The notes: a model not told the origin generated them from the letters alone. A stretch of DNA of 64,000 bases from Fervidicoccaceae archaeon (GCA_038734945.1 JAVYOA010000002.1:248001-312000); one strand, 5' to 3'; shown: positions 39,788 to 49,418, numbered from the stretch's first letter. Numbers and translations: made by a program.

Positions 39788-39814
39788 ATTATAAATGAAA
39801 ATCGCATGATTTTC
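39788..39814 (-). promoter_or_regulatory. Operon promoter (TATA TTTATAAT) with adjacent palindrome GAAAATC-N4-GATTTTC
   Basis: Perfect 7-bp inverted repeat at 39797-39814 immediately upstream of the TATA box. Confidence 0.65.
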
Positions 39815-39990
39815 CGCTGTTGATTCAATAATAATAAAAATTTATAATATTTTATAATTTTTAAAAAAATAAAACTAAAAAGAAAAATTAATTTTTTAGA
39901 AATAAAAATAAAACTTCTCATTCCTCAAACTTTTTATTCCCCTATAAAATAAAGAAACATTGTCACGGCTTCTTGGAAGGAGTGATAGCT

Positions 39991-40248
39991 TTGAGTGAGG
40001 AGGAGGAAGTGGAGGAGGAAAGCACACAGGAAATTGTGGAGGAGACGGAGCGCGCAGCAGAAAGCGAGGCAGAAGAAGAACTGGAAGTTACTCCTGAAGA
40101 TATGAAGGTAATGGTAGATATAATAGAGAAGATAGAAGAAGCGTATGAGGGAAAGCTATCTTCAAAGGAGCTAGAGAACATATACAAGACAAAGGCCGAA
40201 AAAAAGGTGAAGGAAAAGGAGAGGAAAGAAAGAAAGAAGAAAAAATGA
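39991..40248 (+). CDS. rpo13: Probable RNA polymerase subunit Rpo13
   Basis: Acidic N-terminus, helical core ending EGKLSSKEL, Lys-rich tail; GGAGTGA RBS before TTG. Confidence 0.7.
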   Translation: MSEEEEVEEESTQEIVEETERAAESEAEEELEVTPEDMKVMVDIIEKIEEAYEGKLSSKELENIYKTKAEKKVKEKERKERKKKK

Positions 40249-40256
40249 CTTTTTAT

Positions 40257-41768
40257 TTATATTAGATACTCAAAGACTCTTCTTCCTCTATAGCTGTATA
40301 TGATTGTCTTGACTGCCATAACTTCCTCAATGCTGTAGGCTATACTCTCTCTTCCAATGCCACTCTCCTTTCTCCCGCCATACGGATAATACCCTATTCC
40401 ATGCCTTGGTATATCATTGACATAAATTGCTCCATATTCAAGATATCTTATCAGCTTTCTAATTCTGTTTATATCCTTTCCAAAAATTGATGCATCTAAT
40501 CCAAAGCGTCTGTTGTTAGCTAGCCTTATTGCCTCATCATCGTTTTCATATTCAAATATGATTGCTACTGGCGCAAAAATTTCCTCCTTGTAGAGGAGAA
40601 TATCATTTAGCTTGCTTTTATCGCTTATTTCTATTAATGTGGGTTCCACATAGTTTCCGCCCAGCCTTTTTCCCCCATAGAGGATCCTCCCTCCCTTTTG
40701 AACTGCATCCTCAATCCCTCTCATCATATCCTCAACTGCTTCAGCAGAAATTAGAGGCCCCATTGTTACGCTGGGATCCCTGGGATCTCCTATCTTCACC
40801 TTTGAAAGGTTCTCCACTATCTTATTTTTCAGCTGTTCAAATATGGAGGTGTGAGAGATTATCATTTTAATAGCATCGCATCTCTGTCCAGCATAGCTGT
40901 ATATGCCGGCTGCTATTAGCCTCGCAGCATCATCTATCTCTGCATCTGGAAGAACTATAGCTGGATCCCCTCCGCCTAGCTCCATCAAGTACTGCTTAAT
41001 TCCTCCAACCTTCAGAACTCTTTTCCCAGTCTCACTGCTTCCAGTTAAGCTTATTACTCCAATTCTACTATCAGCTACAATTCCATCCATCTCACTTCCT
41101 GGAACGGTTATTACCATTAAAGATTCTCTTGGAAAGCCTGAAGCCTCAGCCACCCTCGCAAAGAGAATGGAGGGAACTGGAACCTGTGTTGGAGGCTTTA
41201 TTATTACAGCATTTCCTGCTATTGCGCTGTACGTGAATTTAGCTACTGTATCGAACAAAGGATAGTTGAACGGAGAAATTGCAAGGACAATCCCATAGGG
41301 CTCTTTCCTTACAATGCTCTCAGTTTCCAATGTGGACTGGTCCCAATCGCCTGGTATATAGTCACCATACATCTTTCTGAGATCCAGCTCTGACCTCCTC
41401 AGCCTCTCAATGCTCGCATTTACCTCCCCGCTAGCCTGCTCCCTAGTTTTTCCTGCTCCTATTATGAGAGAATCTATGAATATGTTTTTGTGCTCCTCGA
41501 TGAGCTCAGCCATTTTCTCGAGATATTTCATCCTCTTATATCCTGGAGTATTTCTTATCTTCCACCTACCGCTCTCATGCAGTTCCTTTATGTAGGGCTC
41601 GACTTCCTCATATGTGAGCCTTGGAACAGTTCCTACTACACTTCCATCTATTGGAGAATATATTTTCTGCTCATTCTTTCCAAAGATCCATCTTCCAGCA
41701 AGATATGCTCTGTATCTCCTCATCCCTTCTCTTTCTTCGAATGCTGGCGAGAAGAATTCTTCGCTCAT
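40257..41768 (-). CDS. gapN: Non-phosphorylating NAD(P)-dependent glyceraldehyde-3-phosphate dehydrogenase
   Basis: GDYIPGDW, PFNYPL, TGS, MELGGGDP, GQRCDA, EEIFAP. Confidence 0.9.
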   Translation of the reverse strand: MSEEFFSPAFEEREGMRRYRAYLAGRWIFGKNEQKIYSPIDGSVVGTVPRLTYEEVEPYIKELHESGRWKIRNTPGYKRMKYLEKMAELIEEHKNIFIDSLIIGAGKTREQASGEVNASIERLRRSELDLRKMYGDYIPGDWDQSTLETESIVRKEPYGIVLAISPFNYPLFDTVAKFTYSAIAGNAVIIKPPTQVPVPSILFARVAEASGFPRESLMVITVPGSEMDGIVADSRIGVISLTGSSETGKRVLKVGGIKQYLMELGGGDPAIVLPDAEIDDAARLIAAGIYSYAGQRCDAIKMIISHTSIFEQLKNKIVENLSKVKIGDPRDPSVTMGPLISAEAVEDMMRGIEDAVQKGGRILYGGKRLGGNYVEPTLIEISDKSKLNDILLYKEEIFAPVAIIFEYENDDEAIRLANNRRFGLDASIFGKDINRIRKLIRYLEYGAIYVNDIPRHGIGYYPYGGRKESGIGRESIAYSIEEVMAVKTIIYSYRGRRVFEYLI

Positions 41769-41851
41769 CTTGGCTTCCCTTTTTTAATTTTAAATTGTGT
41801 AAGAATATAAAAATTTAATAAAATTTTTGCTAAAAATTTTGCTTTTTTAGG

Positions 41852-41949
41852 CGCCGGGGGCGGGATTTGAACCCGCGCTCCCCCAATGGGGAACTGGCTC
41901 ACCAGCTCTGTCTCCAGGCCAGCCCCTTAGTCCGCTCGGGCACCCCGGC
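41852..41949 (-). tRNA. tRNA-Ser(GGA) with 12-nt intron at 37/38 (41900-41911)
   Basis: Acceptor GCCGGGG/CCCCGGC, G73, long variable arm, GGTTCAAATCC T-arm, BHB CUGG/CUGG helix; CCA not encoded. Confidence 0.92.
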
Positions 41950-42654
41950 TCAATATTTTACTTCACCCTTCCTCAAAGCTTCGTCTGCTTCCTCCAAGTC
42001 CTTATGGCTATCAATGCTTTTCCAATAGATACTATTGTATTTTTTGCCCTTTAATTTCTTCTCTTCTGCCAATCTAGGCAGAACTTCTGTTTCGTAGTTA
42101 CCCAGTTCTGGAAAATATTTCAGAGCGCTTCTGCTGAAATATATAACTCCTGCATTGATCCAGATTCCCTCTATAATAGGTTTCTCTCTGAAATTAACTA
42201 TGAATCCTCTTTCATTGACTTCAACAATTCCAAAGGGGCTCTTGAGGGGAGATAGGGAGATAACCCCCAGAATATTTTCATCCATTTCCTCTTTAAGCTC
42301 CAGAGGATTCAAGTTTGTTATAATGTCGCCATTTACGAGCAGAAACTCCTCTTCTGCTATCAGCTTTTCTGCCCTCTTCACAGCCCCAGCTGTCCCCAAC
42401 GGACGATCTTCTGCTGAATATTTTATTGATACACCCCACTCTCTGCCATCTCCAAAGTACTCCTGTATTTTGCTTCCTAAATGTCCTATGAGTAAAATGA
42501 AATTTCTAAATCCGTGGCTCTTTAACCACTCAATCTGCCACTCTAGTATGGGCTTTCCTCCCACTTCTATCATTGGCTTAGGAAGCGTGTCTGTATACGG
42601 TCTAAGCCGCTTTCCATATCCACCAGCAAGTATAAGGGCAATCAATTTCTCCAC
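41950..42654 (-). CDS. Sugar-phosphate nucleotidyltransferase family protein
   Basis: LAGGYGKRLRP...PKPM, PLGTAGA, NGDI, EKP, INAG. Confidence 0.92.
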   Translation of the reverse strand: MEKLIALILAGGYGKRLRPYTDTLPKPMIEVGGKPILEWQIEWLKSHGFRNFILLIGHLGSKIQEYFGDGREWGVSIKYSAEDRPLGTAGAVKRAEKLIAEEEFLLVNGDIITNLNPLELKEEMDENILGVISLSPLKSPFGIVEVNERGFIVNFREKPIIEGIWINAGVIYFSRSALKYFPELGNYETEVLPRLAEEKKLKGKKYNSIYWKSIDSHKDLEEADEALRKGEVKY

Positions 42655-42703
42655 CTTTTCCTAATAAAAGGTTTTTATTTCTAAAAAAATGTTTTTTTAA
42701 AAA

Positions 42704-44032
42704 TCAGATATGGGCTCCTGTTCCCCACTTCTCCAGTGCTCTTCTAAGCTCCTTCTTCTCTCTCGCATATTCCTGAAGCGGGATTCCGCTCATTGCAGCT
42801 TCCATTGCTTGTCTCACTGCTCTTGCTCCTGCTGCTGGACCATCTGGATGACCTATTGTACCTCCGCCTATTTGTATTACAATATCGTTCCCAAGCCTTC
42901 TCATAACTTCAGGAAGTGTCCCGGGATGGAGACCTCCCGAGGATACTGGGAAAGCCGGTTTTATGCTGTAGAAGTTCTGCTCTAAGTGCTCATACTCTCC
43001 ATTTTCCGGGACGTATTTCTCCTCTCTTAGGAGTTTTGCCATTCTGATAACATCGATTGCCTTAGCATCCAGCTTCCCAACACCGGGAGTCCCTATGTGA
43101 AGCTGGTCCATCCCTATGAGCCTATAAAGCTTAGCAAGGGTAAACATCGAGATTCCATGATCTGGATTTCTCGTGAAAGCGGCATGCATAGCTCTATGTG
43201 CATGAATTGCAAGGTTAAGTTCCTCAGCCAAATCTCTCACATATGTAAGAGAGGACCATCCAGAAACTACAACATCTACCATTATATGGGGATTTCCCAA
43301 GTCAGCTACAAGCTTCATTCTTTTTTCCATCTCCCTTATATCTGATGTGATATTGGCAAGCCAAGTCTTGCGCTCTCCTGTTTCACTCTCAGCTCTTTCT
43401 ATGGCTCTCATTATAGCCTCAGCTCTTCTCTGAAAAGAGCAGAAGCTTGGACTAGCAAGGTTCTCATCATCCTTCACAAAATCCATGCCTCCGACTAATA
43501 GCTCATATGCTAGTTTGCCTACTTCCTCTGGCGAATATCCAACCTTTGGTTTGGGGACTGTTCCCACGATCGGCCTATCCTTTATACCGAGAGCTTCTCT
43601 AACTCCCAGAATTCCTTTTCCTGGTCCCTTGAACCAAGAAATAAATTGCTGGGGGAGGTATAGATCCTCAAGTCTCAGTGAACTTATCCTCTTCATGCCA
43701 AATATGTTCCCAGCAACAGATGCCAGAAATGCAGGTAGGTTGCCTTGTTCAAATAGTTCAAGAGGATATGCCACTTTAACATAATAGTATCCGCCATCAA
43801 TTTTCTTGAAAGAAAAGGCCCTTCCTTTGAGTCTGTCAACTCTTGATTCATCGTACCAGACATACAGGGTGGTCCATGTTCCCACACTGCTCTCTGCTGC
43901 TAATCCCCCAGCAGCCTCTTCAGGAGTGAATCCTTCTGCTGGCTTTACCTTGAACACAGCTATTACGTCGTTCTTTGGGTCTGGAACATAGCTGGTGTCC
44001 ACAAAAGGAGCATACGGCTCCTCGTCACTCAA
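42704..44032 (-). CDS. rbcL: Form III ribulose-1,5-bisphosphate carboxylase
   Basis: AAESSVGTWT, PKPKVG, KDDENL, HAHRAMH, HIGT..VGKL, SSGGLH, GGG all present; TTG start inferred. Confidence 0.95.
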   Translation of the reverse strand: MSDEEPYAPFVDTSYVPDPKNDVIAVFKVKPAEGFTPEEAAGGLAAESSVGTWTTLYVWYDESRVDRLKGRAFSFKKIDGGYYYVKVAYPLELFEQGNLPAFLASVAGNIFGMKRISSLRLEDLYLPQQFISWFKGPGKGILGVREALGIKDRPIVGTVPKPKVGYSPEEVGKLAYELLVGGMDFVKDDENLASPSFCSFQRRAEAIMRAIERAESETGERKTWLANITSDIREMEKRMKLVADLGNPHIMVDVVVSGWSSLTYVRDLAEELNLAIHAHRAMHAAFTRNPDHGISMFTLAKLYRLIGMDQLHIGTPGVGKLDAKAIDVIRMAKLLREEKYVPENGEYEHLEQNFYSIKPAFPVSSGGLHPGTLPEVMRRLGNDIVIQIGGGTIGHPDGPAAGARAVRQAMEAAMSGIPLQEYAREKKELRRALEKWGTGAHI

Positions 44033-44119
44033 TTCTATCACCTTTATTTAAATTAATAATGAAAATTTTTAAACTTCTTTACAATTTAAAAAGGTTTTGT
44101 ATGGAAAAAGGCGAGCTCC

Positions 44120-45448
44120 ATGGTGAAAATAATCGATACTACCTTGAGAGATGCTCACCAGTCTCTGATGGCAACGAGGCTGAGAATCGATGATGCCAGG
44201 AAGCTGGCTGAAAAGCTAGATTCAGCAGGATTTTTCAGCCTTGAAATCTGGGGAGGGGCAACTTTTGATGCAGATCTTAGATACCTGAATGAAGATCCCT
44301 GGCTCAGATTGAGGGCAATTAGTGACGTTATGAAGAAGACAAAGAAGCAGATGCTCCTGAGGGGAATGTCCCTCGTTGGCTATGAGCCCTATCCCGAAGA
44401 TGTTGTCAAGGAGTTCGTGGATGCAAGCTATAGAAATGGAATAGACATTTTCAGGATATTTGATGCCTTGAACGATATTGACAACATGAAATTGCCCATA
44501 AAGGAAGCAAAAAAGATTGGAGCCATTGTTCAAGGAACACTTACTTACTCAATTAGTCCAATTCATACTGTGGATTACTATGTGAACTTGGCAGAAAAGG
44601 TTGCTTCCCTCGAAGTAGATATAATTACAATAAAGGACATGGCAGGACTGCTGGATCCCATCACTGCTCAGGAGCTAATTAGGAGAATAAGAAAAGAGCT
44701 GAGAATACCTATAAATGTCCACACACACGATTCTATGGGTCTATCAACTGCTACATACTTCGCTGCTGTTCAAGCGGGAGCGGATTACATAGATACAAGC
44801 GTGTATCCTCTCGCCTATGGTGCTGCTCAGCCAGCAATCCAGAGCGTGTACTTCATACTGCCTAGGGAAATGAGGGAGGAAATAAACCTCTCGGCAATAA
44901 ACGATGCTTTCTCCATGCTGAGAGATATCATACAATCGAAATACTCGAAGGAATTCGATCAGCGGCTCCAGGTTCCCAATCCTCAGGCCCTCGTGCACCA
45001 AATTCCGGGAGGTATGATCTCTAACTTGATATATCAATTGAGGGAAATGGGACAGCTGGATAAGCTCGATGAGGTCTTGGAGGAGGTGCCGAGGATAAGA
45101 AAAGAGCTCGGATGGCCTCCATTAGTTACGCCAATATCTCAGATGGTAGCAGCACAGGCTGTTCTGAACGTGATATCTGGGGAAAGGTACAATCTCGTAG
45201 TAGAGGAGCTGAAAGCCTATGTTCATGGAAAATACGGCAAGCCACCAGGAACAATAGAACCTGAAATAAAGAAAATCATTGCCCCCCAGGAGGAATCCAT
45301 TGATAAAAAGATGAATTTGCGGGATTGTGAAGAAAAGGTAAGGAGGATCTTGGGCACATACACAAAAGAGGATGTTCTCTCCTACTGCCTTTTCCCCAAT
45401 GAGGCTGAGAGCTTCTTCAGATCCAGGATAAAACTCCGAACCCCTTAG
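44120..45448 (+). CDS. Pyruvate carboxylase subunit B / oxaloacetate decarboxylase alpha-type carboxyltransferase without biotinyl domain
   Basis: DTTLRDAHQSL, WGGATFD, IKDMAG, HTH, HQIPGGMISN, PLVTP.SQ; no AMKM. Confidence 0.9.
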   Translation: MVKIIDTTLRDAHQSLMATRLRIDDARKLAEKLDSAGFFSLEIWGGATFDADLRYLNEDPWLRLRAISDVMKKTKKQMLLRGMSLVGYEPYPEDVVKEFVDASYRNGIDIFRIFDALNDIDNMKLPIKEAKKIGAIVQGTLTYSISPIHTVDYYVNLAEKVASLEVDIITIKDMAGLLDPITAQELIRRIRKELRIPINVHTHDSMGLSTATYFAAVQAGADYIDTSVYPLAYGAAQPAIQSVYFILPREMREEINLSAINDAFSMLRDIIQSKYSKEFDQRLQVPNPQALVHQIPGGMISNLIYQLREMGQLDKLDEVLEEVPRIRKELGWPPLVTPISQMVAAQAVLNVISGERYNLVVEELKAYVHGKYGKPPGTIEPEIKKIIAPQEESIDKKMNLRDCEEKVRRILGTYTKEDVLSYCLFPNEAESFFRSRIKLRTP

Positions 45449-45472
45449 CATTTCCCTTCCACATGGATAAGC

Positions 45473-45480
45473 TTTATAAT
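45473..45480 (+). promoter_or_regulatory. TATA box of tRNA-Phe
   Basis: TTTATAAT 25 nt upstream of the tRNA 5' end. Confidence 0.7.
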
Positions 45481-45505
45481 TTTGAAAAACACTCTGTTTC
45501 TTGAT

Positions 45506-45608
45506 GCCGCCGTAGCTCAGCTGGGAGAGCGCCCGAGGATGTTGGCCTTCCCAGCATCCGGCGAAGCTGAAGACCGGGCTGTCGGGGGTTCAAGTCCCCC
45601 CGGCGGCA
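45506..45608 (+). tRNA. tRNA-Phe(GAA) with 30-nt non-canonical intron at 30/31 (45536-45565)
   Basis: Acceptor GCCGCCG/CGGCGGC; removing the intron restores CCCGG-CUGAAGA-CCGGG; BHB CGCC/GGCG with 3-nt bulges and 9-bp intron stem. Confidence 0.93.
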
Positions 45609-45835
45609 TTTCTTACAGCTGAAAACTTATCTCTCTAGGATAAATGGGGGCAGTGCTTATTTGGCTAGAAAAATTTCCATGACTTTCATGCAGAGTGGTA
45701 ATGGGTACTGCTAGGCTGTGGAGAAGAAATAAAACATGCCAGCAAGCCCTACAGAGACCTAGAGAAGAAACTGGAGAAATCGAATCCAATTCTCATAAAA
45801 ATTGCTGACTTGCAGCAACTAAAGTTTTCAAAAAA

Positions 45836-46453
45836 TCATTTCTTTGAAAAGGTAACATCTCTTCCAGCTAGGCTTCTGTTGAGAAGTGATGTGTGTTCGA
45901 AGCTAAGCGAAGAATAGAGCATTGGAATTAAATTCAGCTTCTCTCCATCCACATTTATTTTATTCATCAGCATTATCCCTCTATCAAGATCAGCTGTATA
46001 TACATAGAGCTCGTTCTCCTCGAGATATCTCCTCACAACTTCATCTTTTAAAGAATGCTCGACAGCTCCAGCCAAGAATGCTCTTACATGGAAGAACAGC
46101 TTGGCTTTGAGATTTGTTTCCGCAAGGGCTCTCAAAAAGCTCTTCAGAGATCTTTTCAGATCTTCAACTGGCAGCTCTCCCCCATATAGCAATAGGATTG
46201 CATCTGGATTGAACTTCGCAACTCTCTCTGCTATTTCTCTATCATTTTTATCTGGCTCAACTATGAAATTGTATGCTACTCCCCCCCTCTCAGTAAAAGC
46301 AGCTATAGCAGATGAGGAGAGAACGTTGCAAATCAAGTTGCTTACGCTTACTGCTGCAAGCTTGCTTATCCCCATTCTTCCTATTAGCTTTCCCACTTCT
46401 CTTCCTGTGAGAATTCTCAGCTGAACCTCTTCTTCATATGTAGTTATAGCCAT
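45836..46453 (-). CDS. Hypothetical protein (alpha/beta)
   Basis: 205-aa ORF with typical codon usage and an upstream TATA-like TTTATA; no recognised motif. Confidence 0.7.
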   Translation of the reverse strand: MAITTYEEEVQLRILTGREVGKLIGRMGISKLAAVSVSNLICNVLSSSAIAAFTERGGVAYNFIVEPDKNDREIAERVAKFNPDAILLLYGGELPVEDLKRSLKSFLRALAETNLKAKLFFHVRAFLAGAVEHSLKDEVVRRYLEENELYVYTADLDRGIMLMNKINVDGEKLNLIPMLYSSLSFEHTSLLNRSLAGRDVTFSKK

Positions 46454-46576
46454 ATGGCATCACTATGATATGTTATATTGTTAGTCAAATATAAATCATC
46501 TATACATATTTTTTGAAAATAGTTAAATCTTTCAGGAAAATAAAGGAAGACGAGCAATATTTAGAAGGTGTTTATT

Positions 46577-46936
46577 TTGAAAAAGATCAGCATAATAGTT
46601 GCAAGAATGCCTGAGCTGGGAATTTCAAAGCTCATTTCTGCTGTGGAGAGAATATATGACCTTGGAAGCGTTCCTATCCCCCTAATATATCCTCTTCACT
46701 ATGATCTTCAGTTGATGGACTGGGATAGGGGAAAGTATTTCGCTGAAAACCTCATAAAACAGCTCAGAGAGAGTGTTGGTTTTGAGAATCTACCACTTCT
46801 GATAGTTGGAGAAAGAGGACTCTATGCTCCTTATCCTTACATTTGCTTTGAGGAGCAGAAGGTTTGTCTTCTGACTGAGGAGAAAAAAATCGATGAGGTT
46901 GTGAGGATCATTGAGGAATGGGAGAAAAATATGTGA
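46577..46936 (+). CDS. Hypothetical protein resembling the N-terminal half of archaemetzincin, no zinc motif
   Basis: DWDRGKYFAENLIKQL and GLYAPY patterns; no HExxH. Confidence 0.55.
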   Translation: MKKISIIVARMPELGISKLISAVERIYDLGSVPIPLIYPLHYDLQLMDWDRGKYFAENLIKQLRESVGFENLPLLIVGERGLYAPYPYICFEEQKVCLLTEEKKIDEVVRIIEEWEKNM

Positions 46937-46957
46937 GCTAAGGTAAAAAGAGCTGCT

Positions 46958-47266
46958 CTAAATAAGCTCAATTTCTATATATACGTCCTCTGGAACTCTC
47001 ACTCTCATTATTTGCCTCATTATTCTCTCGTCACTCGCTATGTCTATGAGTCTCTTGTGTATTCTCATTTCCCAGTGCTCATAATGCTTTGATCCTTCAC
47101 CGTGAGGAAGCCTAAGGACAGGAACTACTAGCCTCTTTGTTGGTAGAGGCACAGGTCCCCTAAGCCTAACTCCACCTTTCTCTGCTATTGCCTTTATCTG
47201 CTGGGTTACCTTCTCTAGGCTCTCCACGTTATTGCTCCACAGCCTTATTCTGGCAATTGTTGGCAC
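46958..47266 (-). CDS. rps10: 30S ribosomal protein uS10
   Basis: [27 protein letters not shown]. Confidence 0.97.
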   Translation of the reverse strand: MPTIARIRLWSNNVESLEKVTQQIKAIAEKGGVRLRGPVPLPTKRLVVPVLRLPHGEGSKHYEHWEMRIHKRLIDIASDERIMRQIMRVRVPEDVYIEIELI

Positions 47267-47316
47267 TTTCTATCTCCTCAATCATTAACTTTTTCAAAAA
47301 ATCCCTCTTATGAACT

Positions 47317-48627
47317 TCATCCCTTTATCTGGACTTGCTCGGGCACTACATCGATCACAATTCCAATTCCAATTGTCTTCCCCATATCTCTCATTGCGAA
47401 TCTTCCCAGCTGTGGGAATTCGCTGAACTTCTCTATTACCATTTGCTTTATCGGCGCGAACTTCACTATAGCTGAATCACCTGTCTTTATCATCTGTGGA
47501 TTCTTCTCTGCCTCTTTTCCAGTCCTCGGATCCAGCTTGCTCACAATCTCAACAATCTTTGCTGAGATGCTCGCTGTATGTGCATGTATTACCGGGGTAT
47601 ATCCCTTAGTTATAGCGCTGGGATGCTGATAAATGAACACTCTTGCAGTGAATTCCTTTGCAACGGTAGGAGGATTCGTGATGTGTCCTGCAACATCTCC
47701 TCTCTTTATATCCGTCTTCGTCACTCCCCTAACGTTGAATCCTATGTTGTCTCCAGGCTCAGCCTTCTCTATTTGTGTGTGGTGCATTTCTATGCTTCTG
47801 ACCTCTCCAACTATGGCTGGAGGCATGAAGACCACTCTGTCTCCTTTCTTGAGCACTCCAGTCTCCACTCTTCCTACAGGAACTGTTCCAATTCCGCTTA
47901 TGGCATATACAGCCTGTATGGGTATTCTGAGCGGCTTGTCAACAGGCTTTGGAGGGATCTGGAGGTTGTCGAGAGCCTCAACCAATGTAGGTCCGTTGTA
48001 CCATGGGAGATTAGGGCTCCTCTCTATCAGGTTATCTCCTATCCATCCTGATATTGGTATGAATGGAATCTTTGAGGTGTCGTAGCCGAGTCCCTTCATG
48101 AACTTGGTCATCACATCAACGACTTGCTTGAACCTCTCCTGGCTGTATGGCGGCTCAGTGGCGTCCATCTTGTTAACTGCCACTATTATCTGATCAATCC
48201 CCATCGTCTTAGCTAGCAAGAGGTGCTCCCTTGTTTGCCCTTCTGGGCTCATTCCAGCCTCAAATTCTCCCTTTCTCGCAGAAACTACCAATATAGCAGC
48301 ATCAGCTTGGCTTGCTCCGGTTATCATGTTCTTCACGAAGTCCCTGTGTCCCGGAGCATCAATTATCGTGAAGTAATACTTCTTGGTCTCGAACTTCATG
48401 AAGGACAGATCTATTGTTACTCCTCTATCTCTCTCCTCCTTCAAGTTATCGAGCAACCAAGCATACTTGAATGACTCCTTTCCCCTCTTCTGAGCCTCTG
48501 CCTCGAGCTCTGCCATCTTCTTTGGATCGATGAATCCGAGCCTATATAGAATGTGCCCTACTGTTGTGCTCTTTCCGTGATCGATGTGCCCTATTACTAC
48601 CAAATTCAGGTGCGGTTTTTCGCTCAT
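47317..48627 (-). CDS. tuf: Translation elongation factor EF-1alpha
   Basis: [42 protein letters not shown]. Confidence 0.98.
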   Translation of the reverse strand: MSEKPHLNLVVIGHIDHGKSTTVGHILYRLGFIDPKKMAELEAEAQKRGKESFKYAWLLDNLKEERDRGVTIDLSFMKFETKKYYFTIIDAPGHRDFVKNMITGASQADAAILVVSARKGEFEAGMSPEGQTREHLLLAKTMGIDQIIVAVNKMDATEPPYSQERFKQVVDVMTKFMKGLGYDTSKIPFIPISGWIGDNLIERSPNLPWYNGPTLVEALDNLQIPPKPVDKPLRIPIQAVYAISGIGTVPVGRVETGVLKKGDRVVFMPPAIVGEVRSIEMHHTQIEKAEPGDNIGFNVRGVTKTDIKRGDVAGHITNPPTVAKEFTARVFIYQHPSAITKGYTPVIHAHTASISAKIVEIVSKLDPRTGKEAEKNPQMIKTGDSAIVKFAPIKQMVIEKFSEFPQLGRFAMRDMGKTIGIGIVIDVVPEQVQIKG

Positions 48628-48830
48628 TTGACATCATCCTCATTATATCTTTTTTATGCAACCGCTTAACTCAATGTTTTGGGAGAATTATAAGCTTTTT
48701 TAAGATTTATATTTATTTTCGCTCTTGGTTAGAGGAAAGAACAACATCAAGACTTTTAATCTCCAAACATTTAAAACCCTCTATGCATTCAGAATACTTA
48801 CATGCTTTGAGAGCTGCTGGTGAATTAAGG

Positions 48831-49418
48831 GTGGAGGAACAACGAATCTACTCTAGAGAGATAAAGCTCTTTGGCAAGTGGACATATGAGAATATTGATG
48901 TGAGGGATCCAAGCCTGAAGAAGTATATTTGCCTGAGGCCTGTATTCCTCCCTCACACAGGAGGAAGACATGAGCATGACAGATTCGGAAAGTCAAGGGT
49001 TCCAATAACAGAGAGACTCATAAACAATCTAATGAAGCATGGAAGAAATATGGGGAAAAAGCACTTAGCATATAACATCGTGAAGAATGCATTCGATATA
49101 ATATATCTGAGAACAAAGCAGAATCCTCTTTCTGTCCTGGTGAGAGCTATAGAAAACGCTGCTCCCCGAGAGGAAACAACTAGAATCATGTATGGAGGAA
49201 TAATATATCATGTTGCTGTCGATGTTGCACCCCAGAGAAGAGTGGATCTGGCTCTCAGGCACATAACTGATGGAGCAAGGAACTGCGCCTTCAACAATCC
49301 AAAGCCTATAGAGGAGTGCCTGGCAGATGAAATAATTGCTGTTGCCAATAACGATCCGAAAAGCTATGCTATCTCAAAGAAGGAAGAAATAGAGAGAATA
49401 GCTCTGAGCTCCAGGTAA
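48831..49418 (+). CDS. rps7: 30S ribosomal protein uS7
   Basis: [34 protein letters not shown] start after GGTGA RBS. Confidence 0.97.
   Translation: MEEQRIYSREIKLFGKWTYENIDVRDPSLKKYICLRPVFLPHTGGRHEHDRFGKSRVPITERLINNLMKHGRNMGKKHLAYNIVKNAFDIIYLRTKQNPLSVLVRAIENAAPREETTRIMYGGIIYHVAVDVAPQRRVDLALRHITDGARNCAFNNPKPIEECLADEIIAVANNDPKSYAISKKEEIERIALSSR

Noticed and set aside
42704..44032. RubisCO-like protein (form IV)
   Set aside because: All catalytic motifs of a true RubisCO are present
48564..48830. 89-aa N-terminal extension of rps7
   Set aside because: Overlaps tuf antisense and the divergent promoter; GTG 48831 has a GGTGA RBS
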